DNA from: an uncultured Oscillospiraceae bacterium
GTDB lineage: Bacteria > Bacillota > Clostridia > Oscillospirales > Oscillospiraceae
Assembly: GCA_964627295.1 (NCBI GenBank)
Contig: CAZVJJ010000003.1
Coordinates: forward strand, 6,022 to 70,021
Reading direction: 5' to 3'
DNA length: 64,000 bases
Part shown: positions 11,001 to 17,322 of the stretch, in pieces
Layout of the letters: each line of letters starts with the position of its first letter
How positions within the stretch are numbered: position 1 is the first letter of the stretch
Notes under the pieces: generated by a model
What the model was told of the DNA's origin: nothing
Database searches by the model: none
Seen by the model: the letters and a program-made list of their open reading frames with translations, nothing else
Program-made: the position numbers and the translations under genes

Positions 11001-11278
11001 ATCAACGCACCACTCTCGTCGTAGCACCCCGCATCGTGTTTATGCGAAACATCACACACGATGCGCACCTGCTCGAGCTGCTCGTAGCAGGCATCGCCAT
11101 GCGTATGCTCCTCCATTCCACAATCCGTTTCTGCGCCCATCGTGATGGCGGGCAGAATCAGCGCATACGTCGTGAAAAACACGCAAATGCAGCAAAGCAT
11201 ACTGACGATCCGCTGAAAACGCTTACGGCGGGCAAATTTCACCTCGTAGCTTTCCATTTTGTTCATACCTGCTCGCAC
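5063..11278 (-). CDS. Large tip pilin/adhesin: N-terminal 16x His/Cys repeat region, about six Ig-like isopeptide-type domains, SpaA E-box domain, three CnaB domains, LPKTG sorting signal
   Basis: 2074-aa ORF; repeated K-x-G-S-Y-D..(W/Y)T-x-x-V..N-x-V pattern, YYITETKAPDGY, IEKSW/VIKNW/AQKTW CnaB starts, LPKTGGSG + TM + KRSR; GTG 11278 has an AAGGGGG RBS. Confidence 0.88.
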   Translation of the reverse strand: MRAGMNKMESYEVKFARRKRFQRIVSMLCCICVFFTTYALILPAITMGAETDCGMEEHTHGDACYEQLEQVRIVCDVSHKHDAGCYDESGALICGKEEVTVVHTHDSFCFDESGALICTLPEVYAHTHTDECYESIQSEPKLICEKEEDEHAHSDACRLTCKLSEEEAHVHTDDCLGNVLVCDLDETAGHTHGDDCYGEPILTCEASKHEHTDECYGELICEMDGVEGHEHTRECYELTCEESKHVHTDECYTKPLVCELEESDPHTHDENCYESKFVCGMEEGDVHTHSDACYGEEYVCGHEPHAHSDECYEASEPARGALTCTQQEIVLHTHSDACYADVDGVRTLVCTMPTVIAHQHTANCVQTTTTRGALTCEIEEHTHTTECVASVSAFAMPREATTDNAYRNLSDYTGTSKINVSVKTTTFDGKEFLSGLTLEYELVDGTLYDKVNQTYYLNYKLPLADKMSVGKLDVRQDAYDENYDYYLTKNGQEKKPAFQFCFIKDDNDNYFVLIEYTTEYADFVTNNTSPTTGKLEFEAKIDKDALTPNGDIVVPWDDVVNGSFEIEKEKITYNDYETANTDIHSSKTGSYDATNKTLTYTVTVWSNNGTGDGIEFHDEMNLKHDDSTLTLGTPTITVKKYKDNQYQSDVFVSDSQFGGTDEKKTLDMTLPALNAGEKYEVTYTYSVTVPNGTAFWQNNKVKVSADPTEGHIEHESECSVSINRKLLKKTGSYDQTKGTINWTITVNENNDNIAGYTLTDSWFSGLKEADIAISPNNGYTIKTDNSGNITGILFSGDNNENCIKYTITYSTSHDQTNKNQTVNNKVTIEKDDDKDEENASVTIPAAGVEKTAKFDASGNIEWTIVFDIPKGGIKAGMEIQDYSSGQYGSIQKTHWLTSAQRTALISKLNEQFGEGSIEILFADNQNSDWSINSWVGNDSLGENDLAYGWKVTFTKDVERTAESVKITYTTTPNYDETSTFYNYVKYGDEDDREGITKGDRISKMNGSGSTETSVNYNTDGTIDWFIKVNAKVGDGTLTVTDFIPDGLVVKDVGFGWNSYSGKGVPTKLTGWIDNLPIRVDVTKENYTTEESIAGQKVIFNISRCTDYQFKDAQNFDKDITIYLSIKCELKPDFIKNNIETEGSTKEFTFTNVAELDGEQASQTQKWTLKREVAVLKYDAKNDSNGTGVDTNMNYNAKDNTLAWFVRIYLEDGYDYNNDGFLVINETLPAGLTIKSVGVGYTAESAKAEKNKMFGVEPQFVTGSDAEIKASFTNDHAIEGGINERIYLCGLSNNTFPAGTYIYLYIECTIDSDATFTKQDDETEIGTFKNQASLSIGKNTIGSDEQTQTVKKTGNEEKLIKSSVQSTTFIDYTVVINGEGKDLNQNSDSLSFTDILTYENGNNGDLLATLKPTSVILWYAQKQTDGTYKKVSQVPTANWSWTYTSETPIEANKNHTHTMIGTVPDGTALILSYTYDLSFGNNSSVNFSVNNSFKLQGENIISDSSYDWVKWDSSIPIGSASSLGSLEFYKVKQGDFTYRLKNAEFSVYEVSANGSDIFKVALPSDEDGFFSVKHEYVKQGYYTTNTLYYITETKAPDGYVLPAKPQKYYFYFPDEGNTTQTQEELNKLIDKVKTGDSSAQIFNLQYLQSPIFVENEPIDTKLDIEKSWLSYDGQSISADSSDLPENIEITLYREAVGSAKTEVGKYTLEKSEDWKLTIENLPMCNVYGKEYIYSVKENLTGWTLTSAKFEKVYRTVGGEKTEEFDGKITMENTEKRVGEIKVIKNWATATTPHDVSFTLYQYKTENKTDVPNVQFDENDNVVVSGSGAYVPYKTIVIHANSSYEYTFTELPLFGKEDGKEFYYYYFVAEEPNGYIKTYTTSQQANADSNEQVPVQFMTEGTVTITNSIPMLDVTAQKTWGDVCDSDQCDVTFKLMQVRTPVNDGATTTSQYGNPITINAEVDWKHMWENLPAWEMKDGLVVAKYSYYVVEELDSKLFKVTYSNGLLPSAVTDADEAALSNTGTITVTNSYAYIYTLPKTGGSGTQMFTVMGTVLMVGCAMLLCFTQKRSRGA
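10115..11120 (-). repeat. 16 tandem protein repeats C-x(3-8)-H-x-H-x3-C-(Y)
   Basis: Counted in the translation, HTHGDACY to HTHTTECV, each preceded by (L/I/F/Y)xC or DC; 16-bp DNA direct repeat GTGAGTGCGCCGCGGG at 10155 and 10311. Confidence 0.92.
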
Positions 11279-11311
11279 GTAACACACCCCTTTCTTAAAT
11301 ATTGTAATTGA

Positions 11312-11887
11312 TCACTCAATTTTTCCAAATACTTCAAATGGCCAAACGCGGAAAACGATCTTTCCCACAATTTGATCTTTCGACACCGCACCGACGGTGC
11401 TATGCCGCGAATCGATCGATACCGACCGATGGTCTCCCATCAGGAAGTAGCATCCCTCAGGCACTTGGTAGGGATATTCAATGTCGCTGATGCCGAACGC
11501 TTTATCCGTCAGGTAAGGCTCGTCAAGCACCTCACCATCGAGAAGCACCGTGCCATCCTCCTGAATATCGACCCATGTCCCTGGACCTGCGATATAGCGC
11601 TTCAGGAGCACCTTGTTTCCATAGTAAAATGCAACGATATCGCCCGGCTCAAGCGAATTATCCTTAATAGATAGGACGATCTGCCCCTCTTCCAGCGTCG
11701 GATTCATCGACGTGCCATAGATCCGCAACACAGGAAGCCAAAGTGTTGCCACAAGTACTGCCGCAGCCGCCGCAGTAATGAGCGTGAAGATGGTACTTCG
11801 TAGCGTTTTTTTGTATCGGCTCTTGTACCGCACGCGCGTCAGCTCGCGCTCGACAAGCTCCGAATCAGGTAGTTGGGTCTGTTCCAT
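11312..11887 (-). CDS. lepB: Signal peptidase I (S26), pilus-operon encoded
   Basis: TM, GTSMNPTL (catalytic Ser), LLKR (catalytic Lys), MGDHRSVSIDSR box E. Confidence 0.92.
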   Translation of the reverse strand: MEQTQLPDSELVERELTRVRYKSRYKKTLRSTIFTLITAAAAAVLVATLWLPVLRIYGTSMNPTLEEGQIVLSIKDNSLEPGDIVAFYYGNKVLLKRYIAGPGTWVDIQEDGTVLLDGEVLDEPYLTDKAFGISDIEYPYQVPEGCYFLMGDHRSVSIDSRHSTVGAVSKDQIVGKIVFRVWPFEVFGKIE

Positions 11888-12296
11888 AATTTTCCTCGAA
11901 TTTACTGATTGTTCGTTCGGTACTCAGTCCTTTGAAAACCTGTGCCGAATGCACAGGATCTGCTTCACGGATCGCATCCATGCGGATCTGCTCTGCTTCC
12001 AGTCTTGCCTGCGCAAGCATATCCTTGCAGGAACGCTCCGTATCACGTTTCATTTGCTCGATGTTTTCAAGGTACTGCTGAGCGGCTTTCTGCGCGGTCT
12101 CCATCACTTCGTTGACGACAAGAACCGCCTGCGCCAGATCGCCCGCTTTCTCAACTTTGAGATTACGATCTTGAAGCGCCGCTTCTGCCTGCTCGAGCCT
12201 CTCGCGGAGCTGCTCGGTTTCGCGGGTCTGGGCAAGGAGCAATTCCAGAAGCTCCAAGCGACTAAGTTTTTGCAAGTTTTTCTTTTGACCGTTCAT
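11865..12296 (-). CDS. Coiled-coil protein with DivIVA-like character, first gene of the pilus operon
   Basis: All-helical heptad-rich sequence (LSRLELLELL..AQKAAQQY..AQARLEAEQIR), overlaps lepB; start could also be TTG 12305. Confidence 0.6.
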   Translation of the reverse strand: MNGQKKNLQKLSRLELLELLLAQTRETEQLRERLEQAEAALQDRNLKVEKAGDLAQAVLVVNEVMETAQKAAQQYLENIEQMKRDTERSCKDMLAQARLEAEQIRMDAIREADPVHSAQVFKGLSTERTISKFEENYGTDPTT

Positions 12297-12349
12297 CGCT
12301 GTCAATGCCTCACCCTTTCTGTGCATCCGCATTCTCTTTTAACGCCGTT

Positions 12350-12378
12350 ACTATAGCATAAACGTTGAAACATTGCAA
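12350..12378 (-). promoter_or_regulatory. Sigma-A promoter of the pilus operon
   Basis: TTGCAA-17bp-TATAGT with extended -10 TG. Confidence 0.7.
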
Positions 12379-12462
12379 GAAAAATTCTTCCTTTTTTTAT
12401 TTGTCAACGCGACTTTTCTCTACTTTTTCAGTCAAAAAGTTCGGATTTAGAACCGTTGTTGC

Positions 12463-12479
12463 AAAAAAAAAAAAAAAAA
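12463..12479. repeat. A17 homopolymer in the pilus/DUF2974 intergenic region
   Basis: 17 consecutive A; the longest mononucleotide run I saw in the window. Confidence 0.9.
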
Positions 12480-12677
12480 TGACTACGAAAATATCAGAAA
12501 CAGTCGTTTTTACCAAATTTTGCACTCGGATTTGTGCAATTCGCACTTGTTTTTCGGTAAATTTACCCCTTTTGTGAATTCCAACTAATTATTTTCCTGC
12601 TTTTTGGGTCCTTTTAGTAAGTTTACTCACAAGTTGACTTAATCGTTTAAGCTACGTTTAATAATTCCCCCATCCCA

Positions 12678-12706
12678 TTGCGTTTTTGCATGATTTCTGA
12701 TATAAT
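12678..12706 (+). promoter_or_regulatory. Sigma-A promoter of the DUF2974 gene
   Basis: TTGCGT-17bp-TATAAT with extended -10 TG. Confidence 0.65.
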
Positions 12707-12730
12707 CGTTCATATAAGGAGGGTTGCTCT

Positions 12731-13813
12731 ATGGATGACCTGCTTACCTATTTCCGCTGGCGCGGTGATCTCAGCTTCAGCGACGATGCACCGAACGAAG
12801 TCGATGCGCTGATTTTCTCCGCGCTCTCGTATCTGCGCTTTTCCGATGCCGTGTCTGCATCGCCCGCGCATCCGATCACGCTCAAAGAAGCCGCCGATGC
12901 ATTTTTTGCGCGATCTGACCTCGCAGGGTGCTATCGCGTTAAGAATGATCTGCTTCTTCTCTCAACCGCCGCGCAAACTGAGCGCTTCGGAAAGACCGAG
13001 ATCCTATTCTATCAGGATATTCTCATCCCCGAGGAAGAAACGCAGTTTTCTGCCGTGACCTTTCTGCTCTCCGATGGGACTGCCATGCTTGCATTCCGCG
13101 GCACGGATAATTCTATCGTAGGATGGAAAGAGGATTTTAATATGAGCTTCTGCGACGAAGTGCCCGCGCAAAGTCTGGCACTTTCGTACACCGAGCAGCT
13201 CGCGAATGCCTATCCCCTGCCCATGCGTCTTTGCGGGCACTCCAAAGGTGGCAATCTCGCCGTTTTCGCTGCCGCAAAATCCGCCCCAAATATCCAAAAC
13301 CGCATTCTTTCCATCTACAACAACGATGGACCAGGCTTCCAAAAGAGCATGATCGCCGATTTGGGCTACCGTAACATCGTGCCGCGGGTGCATACCTTTG
13401 TTCCGCAGTCGTCCGTCGTCGGGATGCTCCTCGAACATGAAGAACCGTATCACGTCGTGCGCAGTAGTGCCGCAGGCATCATGCAGCATGATCTATATAG
13501 TTGGGAACTTGATGGTCCGCACTTTGCCAGCGTCAGCGAGCTTGGCGCGAACTCACAGTTCCTTGATAAAGCCGTAAAATCGTGGCTCGAAGGACTGACC
13601 ATGGAGGAACGAAACGAGCTTGTCGATACTGTTTTCGACCTCATCGGCACAGGTGATGCCAAATACGCCCGCGAGATCCTGCGCCCGCAAAACATCCGCA
13701 ATTATCTCCGCACACTCAATTCTGACGACGAAATGCGCCATATGCTCCTGTCTGAGCTTGGAAACCTCATCTCCGTCGCCTACAAAACGCAACTTAAAAA
13801 GGAAGATACATAA
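12731..13813 (+). CDS. DUF2974 (Mbeg1-like) alpha/beta-hydrolase, lipase-like
   Basis: AFRGTD..VGWKEDF, GHSKGG nucleophile elbow, DGPGF, QHD; AAGGAGG RBS. Confidence 0.85.
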   Translation: MDDLLTYFRWRGDLSFSDDAPNEVDALIFSALSYLRFSDAVSASPAHPITLKEAADAFFARSDLAGCYRVKNDLLLLSTAAQTERFGKTEILFYQDILIPEEETQFSAVTFLLSDGTAMLAFRGTDNSIVGWKEDFNMSFCDEVPAQSLALSYTEQLANAYPLPMRLCGHSKGGNLAVFAAAKSAPNIQNRILSIYNNDGPGFQKSMIADLGYRNIVPRVHTFVPQSSVVGMLLEHEEPYHVVRSSAAGIMQHDLYSWELDGPHFASVSELGANSQFLDKAVKSWLEGLTMEERNELVDTVFDLIGTGDAKYAREILRPQNIRNYLRTLNSDDEMRHMLLSELGNLISVAYKTQLKKEDT

Positions 13814-13844
13814 AAAGAAGCAAGGCGTTCGCCTTGCTTCTTTT
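13813..13844. terminator. Bidirectional terminator
   Basis: IR AAAAGAAGCAAGGC/GCCTTGCTTCTTTT between convergent genes. Confidence 0.85.
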
Positions 13845-13854
13845 CATATTTCTA

Positions 13855-15288
13855 TCAAAGACCGAAATAGCGCTTTGCGTTGTTGAACGAGATGCCCTCA
13901 ACGATTTTTTTCAGGCTGGCATCATTGTTCGGATACTCACCATTTTCGACCCAGTTGCCGATCATATTGCACAGAATTCTGCGGAAATAATCATGGCGCG
14001 CATAGCTCAGGAACGAGCGGGAATCCGTCAGCATTCCAATGAAATTGCCCAGAACACCGAGGCTTGCAAGCGTGCGCATCTGCTCTTCCATGCCGTGCTT
14101 GGTATCATTGAACCACCATGCCGAACCGTGCTGGATCTTGCCAGGGACTTCTGTGCCTTGGAAGCAACCAATGATCGTGCCGAGCTGGGCATTGTCGGCA
14201 GGATCAAGCGAATAGAGAATGGTCTTGGGGCACTTTCCCTCAAGTTCAAGCGCATCAAGGAGCTGTGCAATGCTTGCACCGCAGGTATTCTGCGAGATCG
14301 CATCCACGCCCGTGTCGGGGCCCATCGTGCGGAAAATGCGCGTATTATTATTGCGGATGCAGGAATAGTGGAGCTGCATTGCAATGTTCAGGCGGTGATA
14401 TGCCTTGCCGAGGCACACGAGAATGACCGTCTGATAGCCGTCGATCTCTTCGGTAGTGAGTGCTTCCCCACGAAGTGCCTTCTGATAGACTGCATCCGCC
14501 TGCTCGACGGTATAGTCAACAAATGGGATGTAATCAAGCCCATGATCCGAAGCCTTACAGCCGTGCGCGGCAAAGAACTCAAGACGCGCCACAAGTGCAT
14601 CAAGCACATCCTGCATCGTCGCAAGGCTCTCCTTGCCAACGGATGCCGCAAGCTGTGCCATGTATTCGCGCCAGCCACCCTTATGGATGTTGATCGCCTT
14701 GTCAGGACGGAACGAAGGTGCGACGACGACATCAAAGCTATCGTCTGCGGCGATTTTTTCGTGCCATTCGAGCGTGTCGATGGGGTCATCGGTCGTGCCG
14801 ATAAAGGCGACATTCGACTGACGGATCAGACCGCGCGCGGTCATGTTCGCATCCTCTTGAAGCATCTTGTTGCAGTGCTCCCAGATGCGGGGGGCAGACT
14901 CGACCGTCAGCGGCTCCTGCACGCCGAAGAACATCTTCAGCTCCATATTGCACCAATGGTACATCGGATTGCCGATGGCAAGTTCCAGTGCCTCTGCAAG
15001 CTTCAAAAAGCGCTCATAAGCGGGCTGATCGCCAGAAATATAGCTCTCATCAATGCCACACGAACGCATAAGACGCCACTTGTAGTGGTCGCCAAAGTAG
15101 CTTCCATCGGGATTCTTACCGCCGAGCCACACTTCAACGATGTTATTGAAGCGACGATCCTCATAGATCTCGCGGGGGCTCAGATGGCAATGATAGTCTG
15201 CAAGGGGCATCTTGCAGGCGTAGTCGTGGTACAGATGCTTCGCGGTCTGTGTTTCAAGGATAAAATCCTGATCCATAAATGCCTTCAT
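13855..15288 (-). CDS. uxaC: Glucuronate (uronate) isomerase
   Basis: DYHCHL, GDHYKWRLMR, TTDDP, AWWFND, GMLTDSRSFLSYARHDYFRR; AGGAG RBS. Confidence 0.97.
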   Translation of the reverse strand: MKAFMDQDFILETQTAKHLYHDYACKMPLADYHCHLSPREIYEDRRFNNIVEVWLGGKNPDGSYFGDHYKWRLMRSCGIDESYISGDQPAYERFLKLAEALELAIGNPMYHWCNMELKMFFGVQEPLTVESAPRIWEHCNKMLQEDANMTARGLIRQSNVAFIGTTDDPIDTLEWHEKIAADDSFDVVVAPSFRPDKAINIHKGGWREYMAQLAASVGKESLATMQDVLDALVARLEFFAAHGCKASDHGLDYIPFVDYTVEQADAVYQKALRGEALTTEEIDGYQTVILVCLGKAYHRLNIAMQLHYSCIRNNNTRIFRTMGPDTGVDAISQNTCGASIAQLLDALELEGKCPKTILYSLDPADNAQLGTIIGCFQGTEVPGKIQHGSAWWFNDTKHGMEEQMRTLASLGVLGNFIGMLTDSRSFLSYARHDYFRRILCNMIGNWVENGEYPNNDASLKKIVEGISFNNAKRYFGL

Positions 15289-15356
15289 AATGTATCTCCT
15301 TATCAAAAAGTCCACGGAAGCTCTGATAGGGCTGCTATCAGAGCTTCCAAAAACAA

Positions 15357-16379
15357 TTATCTCTGGATACGGCCGCTGCCGTCGCCACCAGCAAGCTTCT
15401 CGACCTCAGGAACAGTGACCATGTTGTAGTCACCGCCGATGGAATGCTTGAGTGCGGATGCGGCAACTGCGAACTCGACAGCTTCCTGCGTGGACTTGCC
15501 TGCAAGCAGAGAATAAATCAGGCCACCACCGAAGCTATCACCGCCGCCAACGCGGTCGATGATGTGCAGATCGTACTTCTTGGAGAAGCAGTAGTTCTCG
15601 CCGTCATAGAGCATAGCCGACCAACCGTTATCGAACGCAGAATGGCTCTCGCGCAGAGTGATAGCGACTTTTTCAAAACCGAACTTGTCCGCCAATTGCT
15701 TTGCGACCGACTTGTAGCCCTCGTGGTTGAGCGTGCCACCATAAATATCGGTCGCCTCTGCCTCGATGCCGAACACATCCTTTGCATCCTCTTCGTTGGA
15801 GATGCAGACATCGATGTACTGCGCCAGCTCGGTCATTGCCGCATTTGCCTGTGCGCGTGTCCAGAGCTTACCGCGGTAGTTAAGGTCGCAGGAGATCTTG
15901 ATGCCACGTGCCTTTGCTGCCTTGCAAGCATCCTTGCAGATCTCGACAATGTTCTCGCCGAGTGCGGGCGTGATGCCCGTGAAGTGGAACCAGTCAGCAC
16001 CGTCAAAGATCTTGTCCCAGTCGAAGTCCTCGCGAGAAGCCTTCGCGATCGCGGAATTTGCTCGATCGTAAATGCACACAGAGCCACGCTGAGAAGCGCC
16101 CTTCTCATTGTAGTAGATACCGACGCGCTCGCCACCGCGAACGATCAGAGAGGTATCCACGCCATAGCGGCGCAGAGAATTGACCGCCGCCTGACCGATG
16201 GCATGTGCGGGAAGCTTGGAAACGAATGCGGCATCGATGCCGTAGTTTGCAAGGGAAACCGCGACGTTTGCCTCGCCACCGCCAAAAGTAAACTCCACGT
16301 TGGAAGCCTGAACGAAGCGCTCATAGTTGAACGGCTGAAGACGGAGCATCAGCTCGCCGAATGTAATAACTCTAGCCAT
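15357..16379 (-). CDS. kdgK: 2-keto-3-deoxygluconate kinase (PfkB family)
   Basis: FGELMLRL, GGGEANVA, DLNYR, DRVGGGDSF; lies between eda and uxaC. Confidence 0.92.
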   Translation of the reverse strand: MARVITFGELMLRLQPFNYERFVQASNVEFTFGGGEANVAVSLANYGIDAAFVSKLPAHAIGQAAVNSLRRYGVDTSLIVRGGERVGIYYNEKGASQRGSVCIYDRANSAIAKASREDFDWDKIFDGADWFHFTGITPALGENIVEICKDACKAAKARGIKISCDLNYRGKLWTRAQANAAMTELAQYIDVCISNEEDAKDVFGIEAEATDIYGGTLNHEGYKSVAKQLADKFGFEKVAITLRESHSAFDNGWSAMLYDGENYCFSKKYDLHIIDRVGGGDSFGGGLIYSLLAGKSTQEAVEFAVAASALKHSIGGDYNMVTVPEVEKLAGGDGSGRIQR

Positions 16380-16412
16380 GATAAATTATCCTTTCCAAAT
16401 TAAATCTGTAAA

Positions 16413-17042
16413 TTATTCGCCCTTAGCCGCCTTGCGTGCTTCGATGCAGTGGTTCGTGATCTTCTCCCAGTTGCCTGCCGCGATATCCGCCTTGGGGCAG
16501 ACCCACGAGCCGCCGACTGCATGGATAAAGGGTGCGTCCACATACTCCTTGATATTTCCCGCATTCACACCGCCAGTGGGCAGGAACTTCAGCCCGACAA
16601 AGGGAGCAGAAAGGTTCTTCATTGCATTCAGACCGCCATAGACATTCGCAGGAAAGAATTTGACCATCTTCAAGCCATGCTTCAGCGCACCCATGATCTC
16701 CGTCGGAGTGACACAACCGGGGCAAACCGCGATGCCGTTTGCCACACACCAGCCAACGATCTCATCGCTAAAGCCGGGGGAAACGATAAACTTTGCGCCC
16801 ATCTCGACCGCGAGCTTGCATTGCTCAAGGTTCACGATCGTGCCCGCACCAACGAGCACATCGGGGCAATTTTCCGCAACCGCCTTAATGCACTCAGGTG
16901 CGCAAGCCGTGCGGAATGTGATCTCCATCGTATCAACACCGCCAGCAGCCATTGCCTTTGCGGTGGGGACAGCATCTTCCACCTTGTCCAGTACAACGAC
17001 AGGTACAACAATGGAATTTGCCAGTCTTTCCATAACAGTCAT
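16413..17042 (-). CDS. eda: KDPG/KHG aldolase
   Basis: EITFRT, VGAGT, FIVSPG, KFFPA, PTGGV, GGSW; AGGAGG RBS. Confidence 0.95.
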   Translation of the reverse strand: MTVMERLANSIVVPVVVLDKVEDAVPTAKAMAAGGVDTMEITFRTACAPECIKAVAENCPDVLVGAGTIVNLEQCKLAVEMGAKFIVSPGFSDEIVGWCVANGIAVCPGCVTPTEIMGALKHGLKMVKFFPANVYGGLNAMKNLSAPFVGLKFLPTGGVNAGNIKEYVDAPFIHAVGGSWVCPKADIAAGNWEKITNHCIEARKAAKGE

Positions 17043-17105
17043 AGTAGACCCTCCTAATGGTCGAAAAATTCGGTATCTCAACATTTGAATACCTTTTCTG
17101 ATACA

Positions 17106-17134
17106 ATTATACAAAAGCATTCTGGAAAAATCAA
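17106..17134 (-). promoter_or_regulatory. Sigma-A promoter of eda-kdgK-uxaC
   Basis: TTGATT-17bp-TATAAT. Confidence 0.65.
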
Positions 17135-17322
17135 TTCCTTGCCACGTTTTCTTTTATCTTTGGAGCATTGTACAAAAATGGGTCTGGATTTTTTCCACCC
17201 TTATACAAGACATCCGTTTTGTCCATAAATTTTGTACGCTCATCGTAGACACTTCACGCATTTTGTATTTACGATACCGATAAAAAACACGTTCAGCATA
17301 TCGCCGAACGTGTTTTATCCGA

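Noticed and set aside
3330-11278. Diversity-generating retroelement or shufflon acting on the pilins
   Set aside because: No reverse transcriptase, recombinase, template/variable repeat pair or inverted cassette ends seen in the window.
12297-12730. c-di-GMP riboswitch or invertible promoter upstream of the pilus operon
   Set aside because: The predicted leader is only about 50 nt, with no GEMM-like motif and no long flanking inverted repeats or recombinase.
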